Source: an uncultured virus (IMG/VR IMGVR_UViG_3300030329_003290) (taxonomy: Duplodnaviria; Heunggongvirae; Uroviricota; Caudoviricetes). Taken from it: a stretch of 64,000 nt of DNA. Positions 17,752 through 28,700 of the stretch are shown piece after piece; position 1 is the first letter of the stretch; each line of letters starts with the position of its first letter. The position numbers and the translations under genes were made by a program. Location of the stretch: the IMG/VR virus record IMGVR_UViG_3300030329_003290; one strand, written 5' to 3'. The notes below the pieces were generated by a model. That model did no database searches. It saw only the letters and a list, made by a program, of their open reading frames with translations, and was not told the origin of the DNA.

Positions 17752-19070
17752 ACAAATCTCTCCGTAATGTCTTTCATTTCGTGGTAATTCAAACCTTTCG
17801 AAACTCTTACTGGATATCTTCCATTGTTCTCAATAATCTTCTTTACCATCTTTACGAATTTCATTCCATCCTCTTTATGAACATCAAATAAAAATGAATC
17901 GTAACTATACAAAATTATCTTACTTTTATAACCATTTATTTTTGGTAATAATTTTGTGAGTGTATTCATATTATTTTCTGTTTCCATCAACTGAACAAGA
18001 TAATTAAAAAGTTTATTCTTGTTCATATCCGCCAAATTTCGTTCATATATCCTCTTATTATAAATATCTGATTCTATAAAATTATTGGATTTATAGGTAC
18101 TCCAAGTATTATCTATATATACTTGAACTTTTTTGAAAAATGGGTTCTTTTTCAGTACATCGTCTGGTATATGACCATATAAATATTGAAACGACAGTGA
18201 TTTTGCTTCATTATAACTAACTTTGTATAGTTTAGCCATATGTTTATGTACTGAACCTTTAGGGAATTTGTAATTTACCGCGTTACCAATTAGTCTAAGA
18301 TGATAAGCATCATAGTCCATTTCAACTAACATACCATCTTCTCCATGCCTACTGATGAATTTTTTACGACTTCCATCTTTTTTATTCAAAGCAGCAAAGT
18401 TTATGCCACCAAATCTATTAGATGGACGACCAGTAGAAGTATAAGGATTGTACTCTGAATATACCATACCATCTATAGTTTGTAATCCATTACCCTCTAT
18501 TGTCTGTAAACTCTCCAACATATCATTGTTATAGGAATTCATACACTTTGGTATTGAATTAAAAGCAGTTAATTTTATTTTATCAACAATAATTCTACAA
18601 GCTTCTAAATGTTTCAGCATTGGTATAATACAATTTATATTTGATTGTCCCCAATAGACTCTATTGAAATGTTCGTGAGCATTAGTGGTTATCTCATCAA
18701 GTGGAAATGGTTGATTGGTATCTAAGTATTTTTTCATTTGTATATCGATTACATTTTTCCAATCGAAGAAATGAAGTAGTTTTTTCTTATCATGTGTAAA
18801 TATCTCATTGTCTGTCTTCATCATTTTTAGATATTTAAAATCTAAGTTCATCGCATCGGTGTGTCTGAATGGCAATACATACTCATTCAAATTATCATTC
18901 ACATCCCCTAATAATTTAACATATAATAAACACAAATCCGTAGATAACGGATGTTTATTATCATCACATTGTACAGGAATTACAACAGAGCTATTTATTT
19001 GGAACTCTGTTATGAATTTATCCCACTCTTTGTGAGACTCAATTATTTCCAGTTGTGTGCTTCGCTCCAT
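17748..19070 (-). CDS. Family A DNA polymerase-like protein (compact)
   Basis: TSTGRPSN; motif A EMDYDAYHLRL; motif B AKSLSFQYLYG; NYLVQLMETE; motif C LYSYDSFLFD. Confidence 0.8.
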   Translation of the reverse strand: MERSTQLEIIESHKEWDKFITEFQINSSVVIPVQCDDNKHPLSTDLCLLYVKLLGDVNDNLNEYVLPFRHTDAMNLDFKYLKMMKTDNEIFTHDKKKLLHFFDWKNVIDIQMKKYLDTNQPFPLDEITTNAHEHFNRVYWGQSNINCIIPMLKHLEACRIIVDKIKLTAFNSIPKCMNSYNNDMLESLQTIEGNGLQTIDGMVYSEYNPYTSTGRPSNRFGGINFAALNKKDGSRKKFISRHGEDGMLVEMDYDAYHLRLIGNAVNYKFPKGSVHKHMAKLYKVSYNEAKSLSFQYLYGHIPDDVLKKNPFFKKVQVYIDNTWSTYKSNNFIESDIYNKRIYERNLADMNKNKLFNYLVQLMETENNMNTLTKLLPKINGYKSKIILYSYDSFLFDVHKEDGMKFVKMVKKIIENNGRYPVRVSKGLNYHEMKDITERFV

Positions 19071-19744
19071 ATCTCTGTAATCTTTGGGAAAGTTTGGTGC
19101 ATCAAATCTAACATCGATTTAGCATATTCTTGTATCTCTATCTGTGATGTCTTTTCATTTCTCAATTCTATAAAATTCATTATCGCCTGAAACGATGCTG
19201 TCCAATATACTTCTGTGTATTGATTTAGTGGTAAGATGATTCTTGCCTGTTCTTTAGCCATACCAGCATCAATCATTCTATCATACGCCATTTCTACTTG
19301 TCTCATATACTCATTGAAAACACTCGACATTCTCTTCTGTTGTAAGTCATCTAATACACCCTCTGATGCTTGTTTATTATCTTCTGATTGTTTTCTCCAA
19401 ACTTCAGGTACATAAAACTCTTCTACTGGCACATACCTACCACTTATCTCATTCCATGCATGATCTTTTGCTGAACTATTAGATGTGGTTTCTATACCAA
19501 CCACGTGCTTGTACCATTGTCTCATTACAAATTCAGGTGCTTTTACATGGAATTGAACTTGTAAATGCCTGAATGGTGAATAGTGTTTGTATTTTGCCAG
19601 ATAACGAACTAATCTTTCGTCTGATTTATCGAACTTTGTTTTTCTTTTACCGAATGATACTCTAGCTGAATTGACTACAGTTAGGTCAGAACCCAATGAG
19701 TCTACGACTTCAATGAAGCCTTTATCTAAGACTTGAATTTTCAT
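19043..19744 (-). CDS. thyX: FAD-dependent thymidylate synthase
   Basis: VVNSARVSF, HYSPF, APEFVMRQWYKH, WNEISGRY, KEQARIILP, FIELR...QIEIQEYA. Confidence 0.95.
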   Translation of the reverse strand: MKIQVLDKGFIEVVDSLGSDLTVVNSARVSFGKRKTKFDKSDERLVRYLAKYKHYSPFRHLQVQFHVKAPEFVMRQWYKHVVGIETTSNSSAKDHAWNEISGRYVPVEEFYVPEVWRKQSEDNKQASEGVLDDLQQKRMSSVFNEYMRQVEMAYDRMIDAGMAKEQARIILPLNQYTEVYWTASFQAIMNFIELRNEKTSQIEIQEYAKSMLDLMHQTFPKITEIWSEAHNWK

Positions 19745-19795
19745 ATTATAACCTTGATTTATTTATAAATATTATCTAAAAATCCCAAATACAGA

Positions 19796-20644
19796 TTAAT
19801 ATGCTCCACCAAAACCAGGAGGTGGTCCTCCTGAACCAGCATTGTATCCAGATGGTGCTGTTTGTGTATTTTCTTCTTCAACTACAGGTTCCTGTGGTTC
19901 GGTTATTCCTAGAGTTTCTTGAATAGCTTGTTTTAATGGTAAAGTTGTTAGAGTACCCTCAAAATATTGTAAAGCTGGTAAAAGTTTATTTATACCTGGA
20001 ACATTTATTTCTGCTCTAGCAACGGAAAGTTGATTTAGTTCATTTACATAATTTGGTGTACCTTTGATATGCCAACTAATTCTCTCATAGTCATATAAAC
20101 TACTTGTATTGTAATCTTGTTCTGATATTTCTATTGGTCCTGATTCCTCATTTGTTTTTTTAGCAAAATACCTAAACATAAATCCTCTAGTACGATCTTT
20201 TCTTGTAGGTTTAGTTATTTCTGACTCTAATTTCAAAGGTGCTATATTACCTTTTAGTCCTTTATATAAACTAAAGGAAGTCGGTTTACTTCTCCATATT
20301 AATTTTGATGATGGTTTATGTTTTCCACCTGTCATATTATATTCTTCAAAATTTTTAGTGTAATGTGTATGATATTTGAATCCCTTTGGTACAGGTCTTC
20401 CATTTGAATAATTAAATTCTTTCTTTTTAGCAGTTCTATTGGTAACTACCCTAACACTTTCCTTATGTATAGTTGCTATTCTCGGAGAAACTTTTTTCTT
20501 AGTACCACCCCTTTGTTCTTTTTGATTTATCATTTCTTGAAGTTTTTCTTGAGTACGGTCATCATAAGATTGAATCTGTTGTTGACTAACCTCTTGAGCC
20601 TCTTCTACTGTCATTCCATACATACTCTCTGCTGAATATGCCAT
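19796..20644 (-). CDS. Hypothetical protein, last gene of the baseplate cluster
   Basis: 282-aa ORF with AAGGAG SD; function inferred from position only. Confidence 0.55.
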   Translation of the reverse strand: MAYSAESMYGMTVEEAQEVSQQQIQSYDDRTQEKLQEMINQKEQRGGTKKKVSPRIATIHKESVRVVTNRTAKKKEFNYSNGRPVPKGFKYHTHYTKNFEEYNMTGGKHKPSSKLIWRSKPTSFSLYKGLKGNIAPLKLESEITKPTRKDRTRGFMFRYFAKKTNEESGPIEISEQDYNTSSLYDYERISWHIKGTPNYVNELNQLSVARAEINVPGINKLLPALQYFEGTLTTLPLKQAIQETLGITEPQEPVVEEENTQTAPSGYNAGSGGPPPGFGGAY

Positions 20645-20658
20645 TTTTTATCTCCTTA

Positions 20659-22671
20659 TTATGGTGACCAAAGAGATGAATCACCATCCCAATGATTTTT
20701 TCTTGTTTGATTATCATACCCACCATTGGCTACATCTGTATAAGCAGACCAGCTATCAAAACCGAAAGCGGCTGCTTGTGCCTCTCTAGCTAATTCGGCA
20801 CTTTCATAACCACCAAATGGTGATTTACCAAAGTTTTCCCCAGTAAATGGATAACCAGGATTTTGTGGTCCGTCCCCAGCAACTCCACCCTCAGGACTAG
20901 CTATTGGGTCATTTGGAAATTTTACATAAAATGCGTTTGCTATTTTATCTCTATTTTCCTTTTTAGCTATATCTATAGCTTTTTTAACAGTGGTTGACTG
21001 AGCAGATCCCATTTCCGATATTATCTCTCCTTTATAAAATCCCTCAGTAGTTATTGTTACAGTAACCAATCCACCTGTACCCTCATCAAGTAATCCCTCT
21101 TCATCAGTAAAGGTTATTTTTTCTAATAAAGCCTTTGCTTCGGGCACAACACCAGTAGAATTAGCAACTTTTACATTTTTCTGTCTTCGTTCTTTTGCCT
21201 TTTTTCTAAAATAGTTGTTCAATGATAAGCCCAATACTTTATTTTTTATATCTATCCACGGACTAAACTCTTCAGTTTTTTCATCTTGAACATTTATAGG
21301 TAGCTTATCAGATTGTCCACCAACATCAGTTTTCTTTATTTTTTCTGTTACTGTTGTACCACCAGCAGGATTAGTTTTTCCGTCAGCTACAGGTTCTTCT
21401 CTATCTTCCCCTAAAAAGTTGAATGGTCTAGTTGCTGCTTCAGCACCTATTTTTCCAAATCCAACACCAACACCCTTAGCAATTGTTGCAGCGCCTGATA
21501 ATCCAGCACCGATACCAACACCAGCTGCGTGAACAGTAGCACCAGCTACTTGAGCCAATTCACCAAAAAATCCCCCATTATATTCTCCTTTTGGAAATAC
21601 CTCTCCATCAAACTCACTTCTAATTTTTTGTTTTTCTGCTTCAGTTTCAGCATTAGCAAGTGATTTCAATACTTTTTGATCTTCTCTATATTTTGTGGCA
21701 TCTTTCATAAAACCCTTACCTCTTTGTAAGAATTGGTCTGCCATTTCTATGTAGCCTGATATTTTACTTATGAAGTCAAAAGGTAATTGGTTTATTCCAA
21801 AAGATCTAGGACCTGTCAATCTAAAATAATCATAAACTCCTGCTGCTCTCATTTTTTGTATAGACTTCATAGCATCCGTATTTGGATGAATGAGACCTTC
21901 AATTTTAGTAGTCCATCCACTGTCACTAACTTCTTGTGTGTGTGATATCACTTTAAAATATGATGGAGGACCTAAATCCGCTTTAGAGTCGATATCAATT
22001 ACTTCTTTATTATAATTCAATGGCATATAATCAGTTTGAAATATATCTCCTGGTTTTATTCCAGAAATACCATCAATAGTTATACTCATATTTACTTCTT
22101 TCATAGTATCTGATAAAGGAACATTATCATCTCCAGGACCATCCTTTTTCGTAAAAATTAACTTTTTTATATTTTCTTTCAAGCTAATTCTATCTAATAT
22201 AAAACCTGTCCCCTCAGCTTCTTGATATAGGTGATGTATTTCTTCTACTTCGGAAGTGATTTCAGTTTCTGCTTCCACTACAGCATTTGGTATAAAGTTC
22301 GTATCACCTGCTTGATTCACTTCAGCTATTATTTCTTTATGTTGTGTTCCCTCATAGCCTTCTAGAGTATCTTCTTCATCAATATCATCTCCCATAGTCT
22401 GATAAGTTCCAATCCTATCACTGTCGGCATTGAATTTTAGATCTCTCGAATCTTTTGTTAGTTTGTCACTCCAATTATCAGCCTGTGGATTCAAGCTCAA
22501 GTTCCCCATATTGGCATTGCTAAGTTCATTTATCATACCTGGCAACCCTGTTTCTGTTGATGTACTCATCCCCTCTGGAGTTAATGTATAAGTCTCTACA
22601 GTTGTTACCTGTTCAGGTTCTTCATCACTAGATTTCCAATTAAGTAAATTATATATTCCAAATATTGGCAT
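20659..22671 (-). CDS. Putative baseplate hub C-terminal part (gp27/VgrG-like) with extension
   Basis: ITIDGISGIKPGDIFQTDYMP...YFKVISHTQEVSDSGWTTKIEG resembles the C-terminal beta-domain of contractile-tail hub proteins. Confidence 0.5.
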   Translation of the reverse strand: MPIFGIYNLLNWKSSDEEPEQVTTVETYTLTPEGMSTSTETGLPGMINELSNANMGNLSLNPQADNWSDKLTKDSRDLKFNADSDRIGTYQTMGDDIDEEDTLEGYEGTQHKEIIAEVNQAGDTNFIPNAVVEAETEITSEVEEIHHLYQEAEGTGFILDRISLKENIKKLIFTKKDGPGDDNVPLSDTMKEVNMSITIDGISGIKPGDIFQTDYMPLNYNKEVIDIDSKADLGPPSYFKVISHTQEVSDSGWTTKIEGLIHPNTDAMKSIQKMRAAGVYDYFRLTGPRSFGINQLPFDFISKISGYIEMADQFLQRGKGFMKDATKYREDQKVLKSLANAETEAEKQKIRSEFDGEVFPKGEYNGGFFGELAQVAGATVHAAGVGIGAGLSGAATIAKGVGVGFGKIGAEAATRPFNFLGEDREEPVADGKTNPAGGTTVTEKIKKTDVGGQSDKLPINVQDEKTEEFSPWIDIKNKVLGLSLNNYFRKKAKERRQKNVKVANSTGVVPEAKALLEKITFTDEEGLLDEGTGGLVTVTITTEGFYKGEIISEMGSAQSTTVKKAIDIAKKENRDKIANAFYVKFPNDPIASPEGGVAGDGPQNPGYPFTGENFGKSPFGGYESAELAREAQAAAFGFDSWSAYTDVANGGYDNQTRKNHWDGDSSLWSP

Positions 22672-23990
22672 TATTCAGTCTCACTATCTTTTTCAGATAC
22701 CTTTGCAGCTTCCGTATTCGCAACTCTAACAAATTTTCCATCTCTCCAATCTATTGATCGTTTATCTATTGGTCTATCGACTTTAGCTTTTCTCGTACCC
22801 AATGATGCAGGTTCGTCTGGTGCTGGTGTATATTTTTTCCATGTAACATTCGCATCTTTTAATCTAGAATAATGATCCATATTAGCATTAGTAGTAAATT
22901 TAGAAGATTCTTCTCCCCCAACATAACCAGCCTTTGGATTTACTAAATGAGCCTTTGATAAATTTGTACCACCATCCTCACGTTCATTCATATCAATATT
23001 CAATCTTTGTACTTGTGCAAATTCTTGAAATTTTTGTATATCTCTATTTGAACTTGCTACAGTATTATAAGTAGTGTTTCCCATAAATGCCAAATAAGCC
23101 ATATTAGCACCAACTGACATATCTAATTCTTGATTTTTTACTAAACTAGATACTTTGAAACTTGGAAATTTATAAACACCTACATCGGAAACTATTTCAG
23201 TAGATACATCCTCTGCATATCTTGTATATGAGTATTTGGATAGTCCCTGATAACCATTATCAACTAAAATATTATTTTTAGGGTTTTCGGGATCAACCCT
23301 AAGATCCCAATTCCACATATTGAAAAAGTTATTACTTACTTGTCCCATTATATTCAATATTCCATTACGGATACTTTGTTGTGGATTTATTCCAGAGCTA
23401 TAATAATTGTCTTGGTCTGGATTTCCTATGTTCTTCATATCAATGCCAAATGCTTTTTGTATTTTGTCTACATTGACATATATATTTCTTACCTTACCAG
23501 TCCCAACAGGATTAGATGCATCTGTTGCTTCTTTTACACCTACTCCTGTAACATCAAATTGTCTACTTGGTCTGTCATCATCTGTACTACATATAATCTG
23601 ATTGACAGATGCCATAACCATACCAAGCACTCCTGCATTAAAACCCTCAACACCTTTTCCAGATGTAGATCCATATAATCCAGTAGATTTGAATATTAAA
23701 GAGTGACCTAAGTTTATAGGTTTTAGTAAATAATAATCAGTGCAATATGTAGATACTTTGTTCCCGTCTCTGAGAATTTGTCCTGTAGTATCTTTGGGAT
23801 ATACTAAACTCCTAAATGTTATTTTTGGATCATTTGTATCCGTACCTACCATAGCAGTATATTTGGATATTATATTATCCTCAAACCAACCCCACCTTAC
23901 ATATGTTGTTTTTGATTTTACTGTATCTTCATCTCTGAAGTGGATAAAGTTTTTAGCTTGAGATACATATGCCTTAAAATCATAACTCAT
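22671..23990 (-). CDS. Putative baseplate hub middle part
   Basis: Likely start MSYDFK at 23990 overlaps the upstream ORF end; YVRWGWFEDN and GKVRNIYVN motifs; lies in the baseplate cluster. Confidence 0.45.
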   Translation of the reverse strand: MSYDFKAYVSQAKNFIHFRDEDTVKSKTTYVRWGWFEDNIISKYTAMVGTDTNDPKITFRSLVYPKDTTGQILRDGNKVSTYCTDYYLLKPINLGHSLIFKSTGLYGSTSGKGVEGFNAGVLGMVMASVNQIICSTDDDRPSRQFDVTGVGVKEATDASNPVGTGKVRNIYVNVDKIQKAFGIDMKNIGNPDQDNYYSSGINPQQSIRNGILNIMGQVSNNFFNMWNWDLRVDPENPKNNILVDNGYQGLSKYSYTRYAEDVSTEIVSDVGVYKFPSFKVSSLVKNQELDMSVGANMAYLAFMGNTTYNTVASSNRDIQKFQEFAQVQRLNIDMNEREDGGTNLSKAHLVNPKAGYVGGEESSKFTTNANMDHYSRLKDANVTWKKYTPAPDEPASLGTRKAKVDRPIDKRSIDWRDGKFVRVANTEAAKVSEKDSETE

Positions 23991-25458
23991 ATCTCTTGCC
24001 CCTTTTGACAAAAATATCAAAAATTGGTTTAAGAATTGGTTTGATAAATTTATATTTTCTAATAAAGTTAGCTATTTCCTTTCCATATTTCATATACAAA
24101 TTATATAACCACTTAGGAAACTCATCACTATTTACAAATTTTCTAGCTAAAATAGTTTTTGGTTCATACCAACCACCATATATTTCTGCTGCTATCCAGC
24201 ACCCAAATAATCCACCACCAAGATTATTCAAGTCTGCAGTTGGGTTTGTACTTCCATATGTTGCTGTATTTCCTGACTTTTGATTTGTACCTGCAGTTTT
24301 AGGTTCTTTTTTATTACCTAGAGAATCTGTTTTTGTTTCGTGTGCTTGGTATCCTACCACTCCATCAGCACCTACTAATTGTACAGTTTCCACAAGATCT
24401 TCTTCAGTTATATAAGACTCTGCTATAGCATCTAAATTCAGTAAAGCATTTAGCATATGGTCTTGTGTTGCCATTACTTCTTCTTCACTTGGTTCATTAT
24501 ACCCACCGAATCCTTTGAAAAGATCTTCAACTTTAACAGCCCCCTTTGTTATATCTTGCATAGATAATTTTTGAAAAGTTGTTTGAAAACCTTTTTTTAT
24601 ATCTTCAAGTTGTGCTCTAAAATTTTTAGGTAATACCATTCCCAAACCACCCTCAGCATCTTCAGCACCACTAGCACCTTGTCCCATTGAACCTATGCCA
24701 ATTATATCTGTTGTACAATCGAAGCCGCCATCGTCTCGAAGTTTCATAGAAAAGTCTTTTATCATTCCACCTAAAGCATCCATATTGCCATTTGATAGCG
24801 ATATTTTTTTATTGGGTGCTTGAAATAGTTCTTGATCAATTGCTATACCATTATCTGTAATTACTATAAACCCCTGATCATTATCTAATTTAGCATTGCC
24901 AGACACCCATCCCCATTGTAAAGCAACCTCAAAACCAGGTGTAAGAAAAATTTCATATTGTTGTAGAGATTCTAAACTTGGAGCAGACCAAGAAATAGTT
25001 GCCATTCTACCAGCACCAAATAATCCTTGAGTCGTAAGGTATTCACAAGTTATTGATTTTATACCACCAACTGGTCTTATACCAACATCACTTCCTTGAG
25101 CTTTAGAACCCAATGTATCGGTAGCTCTATAACCACCCATTCCGCTTGAATCAAAACCCCAAAACATTTTTCTAGTCTTAACTGATTCCTTAGCTAAACC
25201 CGCATAACTCAAAGCAAAATCAATTATATTTTCACTTTTCTGTGGATGTACCTCTCCAGCACTAAGAGCTATATTATTACCACTATCTTTTGCATTAGTT
25301 GACATTACAGCATATGGAACTTTCGACATATAGTCTTGTAAACTTGCTGGTTTAGATGAACCAGGAATTGGAACGGCATCTTTTATCCGTCCAGTTATCA
25401 ATTCTCTTCTTCTTAGTTCTTCTTGTATTGGCTTTTCAATGTAATTTATTTCAGCCAT
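23980..25458 (-). CDS. Putative baseplate hub N-terminal part with a C-terminal GG-CWIAAEIYG domain
   Basis: GIKSI, FLTPGFEVALQWGW, GGFDCTT motifs. C-terminal GGGLFGCWIAAEIYG...LYMKYGKEIANFI resembles CFI-box-CTERM-like domains. Confidence 0.5.
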   Translation of the reverse strand: MAEINYIEKPIQEELRRRELITGRIKDAVPIPGSSKPASLQDYMSKVPYAVMSTNAKDSGNNIALSAGEVHPQKSENIIDFALSYAGLAKESVKTRKMFWGFDSSGMGGYRATDTLGSKAQGSDVGIRPVGGIKSITCEYLTTQGLFGAGRMATISWSAPSLESLQQYEIFLTPGFEVALQWGWVSGNAKLDNDQGFIVITDNGIAIDQELFQAPNKKISLSNGNMDALGGMIKDFSMKLRDDGGFDCTTDIIGIGSMGQGASGAEDAEGGLGMVLPKNFRAQLEDIKKGFQTTFQKLSMQDITKGAVKVEDLFKGFGGYNEPSEEEVMATQDHMLNALLNLDAIAESYITEEDLVETVQLVGADGVVGYQAHETKTDSLGNKKEPKTAGTNQKSGNTATYGSTNPTADLNNLGGGLFGCWIAAEIYGGWYEPKTILARKFVNSDEFPKWLYNLYMKYGKEIANFIRKYKFIKPILKPIFDIFVKRGKRYEL

Positions 25459-25460
25459 TA

Positions 25461-25751
25461 CTAACTCCTTTCAAGATTACTCAATATTACTTGTATATTA
25501 ATTGGTATCCTAATTTTTTTTTCTGAATCTAAAACTATACTTCCATTACTTAAATTATTAGCTTTCGCAATTATCCACCAAAGACTTGAATCCCCATAAA
25601 ATTTTTGAGCTAATGAATCGAATCTTTCTCCTACAACTGGCCTTATAAAAATATCACTATCACTCAACGGGATTTGTGGTACTATTGTAGGTAAAAAATA
25701 CCTCTTACCATTTTTATCAATTTTATATTTAGCAGATTTATATCTAGACAT
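25461..25751 (-). CDS. Baseplate wedge / LysM-like protein (T4 gp53 / tail protein X-like)
   Basis: GERFDSLAQKFYGDSSLWWIIAKAN...IRIP. Confidence 0.8.
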   Translation of the reverse strand: MSRYKSAKYKIDKNGKRYFLPTIVPQIPLSDSDIFIRPVVGERFDSLAQKFYGDSSLWWIIAKANNLSNGSIVLDSEKKIRIPINIQVILSNLERS

Positions 25752-25760
25752 AATTTACTC

Positions 25761-28700
25761 CTATTTAAAAAGACCACCAACCCACTTTTTACCAGCAGCA
25801 TATGCTTCTTGTACTGTCTCACTATCCTTTATAGCACCAATAGCAGTATCTACAAGAGTTCCTTCCACACCTAAGTCAAATGTAAAGTAACTATCAAATA
25901 TATCTGCCAGTGATGGTTCAATATCACTACCTTTGAGACCACTATACCATTCTGTTGATTGATTTGATGGTACATGAGCACCAATATATCTAAATTGACA
26001 AGAAACATTGATATGTTTAGGAAATTGTAAAGAACGATCTAATTCCCAAGTTGTATTATCATCTACACTTACACTTACTGAACGAAGTAGTCCAGGAGCT
26101 TCATCAAACATATCACCTAAAGTAAGTCTCATAAATGGTGTTTGCATTCTTGCTTGTTGTGATATCTTTGGATAACACATACCTATTAGGTAATTTAGTT
26201 TCTCCATTAAGAATGGTAACTCTTGTTTTGTTTTTGGATAAACTTTGAATGAAAAACTTATGTCTCTATCAGCACCTTTATAGATATATAGTTTATCAGG
26301 TCTACCAATATATTTTTCTTCTCCATAATCTGTAGTAATACTATCTTGAATCCCATTCAATATTGCTCTGAAAACAATGTATTTTTTATTCATCACATCA
26401 TAAAATCTAAACTTTATAAAATCTCTCGCCTTTTGGGTTTTTGTGTAAAAGACATCCTCACCTTGAACACGAGCACCATATCTGGCATAATTTATTTTAT
26501 CAACAGCATCACTTACTCCGCCAGGTATACCCAATCCACTAACATCGAATACACTCTTTTTTATAACACCCAATTTAGGGTCTACTGTTTCTACTAAACT
26601 TGTGGCAGGATTAGTTTGTTTTTGGTGCATTCCAATAGCATCTACTATTTTTTTATCTTTCTTTCTTCGTTGATGTTTACCAACTGACGGAACATCTCCT
26701 ACTGAAATTGTAAAATCATAACCAAAAACATCTCCTTGAAACACAGCACTTGGAAAAATACTTCCAGGTGATAAATCAGCATCTTTTATAAATCCAAGTA
26801 ATTCTCCAGGACTTTTTAATTCTTTCTCATAACTATGTTGTTTATTCAACCTACCATAAGCAAGTGTGGCATATCTTTGAGCTATACCACTTCGGTCAGT
26901 CTCTAATTGATTGGAATCCACATTGAAAGTTCCACCTTGTTTAGCCAATATACTATCAGCATCGGATTTAGCAGTTGTACCCTCTCCTGTACCTGGACTT
27001 ATAGTAAAAGATGGAATTCCGTCAACTATACTTACTGGTGCTGAAGATAATGTACTGGTATACCTATTAGGGTTAGCAAAAAATATTCCTAAATTCAAAG
27101 GTAATGGTGAATCTCCAGCTTCAAAATCACCTTGTACACCAAATAAAGAAAATTCAACTCTTACATTAGGTGAAATATCATAATTACCCTGCATAGCTAT
27201 TCTACTACCGTATCCAAATTCTTGTGCTTCTTGTAAATCAGATGGATTAGTCAATCCATCAGGTAAATTATCAACTATGAAGTCTGGTAAATTTCCACCT
27301 CTTATCATTTTTTCATATCTGTTTGTATCAGCGAATTGGTGTCTAGCTTTATGTGTGTATGCTAACATAGCATCAGCATTAGTATTACCCAAATCTCCAA
27401 ATAATGCAGAAAAGTTCAAAGTTCTTGTTTCAGCTTGTGGATTTAATTTTTGTAATTTTTGTTGGTCTGCATACCACACTCCACCAGCAACACTTTGTGA
27501 CCACTTTCTCAATCTTACAGTCCAAACAGCACTCATATTAACATATAAATTTGATATCAACCCAAATGGGTCTTGAAATTCAGAATTGACTGCAGGATAA
27601 AAATTAACTGGTAATTGATCTGACCAATTAGTACCAAAATTTCTTATAATGATTGGATGTAAATCAAAATCCCCACTATGAGGACCTGTATTAGATACAT
27701 TTCTCATACTATCAGTACCAAATAGATTGGATGTATTTAATCCAGCTGGTACATTCAAAAATTCATTGATAGGATAATGTTTTGCTGGTGAATCTGGAGC
27801 TGCTTCCCCATCAGTACCATATTCGAAATAATTTCCTGTAAATGCTGTGTATCTGTCTAATATTGTACCACCATCTTCTACACTTGGATAACCATATGTA
27901 CTTAGAGGAAAGTCAAACCCACCTAAATTTGAAGTTCCAAGATAATTAGCAGTAGTACCCAACATAGTATTAGCAGCAGCACTTGATTCAATAGGTAATA
28001 CAGTATAAACTGATGTTTGGTTAGGAATATCTTCATTAGATAGATAAGTAGCACCTATACCGAAACCATTAATTGGTGTGCCCATAAAAGGTGTAGTCAA
28101 AGCATTTGCTGCGTATGGGTCTGTTGGTGTATAATTGGAATTATCAAAACTAAAAGTACCACCATTTAGATCTGGTATATTATATAAAGTTGTCTGTTGA
28201 GTTATATCAAAGTTTGGATATACTCTATTTGTGTTTGGATAGATACTCTCATTATGTACCCCTGGCGGTATAGCACCCCAATTATTCCAAGAATAAATGT
28301 CAGGATCTCTAAAAAATAAACTAGCACGACCCTCAATTGGTAGTAAATTACCAAAATATGAAACACCCCCACCTGGTGCGGCAATTACATCAGTATCTAA
28401 TATATGTGAAGTGATTGATAAACCAATTCCACCATCAGGTCTGAAACCTGCACCTAAATTTTCTTGTCCTACTAAATTATTGTCATAAGCATTTCTTGTT
28501 TTTTCACTGGTTACAGCAGCGTCAGGCCAAGCAGGAGCAATTGTAGCATCCTGCATCTGATGGTATCTTGATTCTAAGTCTGTTTTTGGAACAAATCCAG
28601 TATGACTACTGGTTTCATCATCAAAAAAGTCTACACCATAAGCAATTTGACTATCTATCGGATTAGTTATAGTAGCACCAGTTTTATCAGCTGATAAAGT

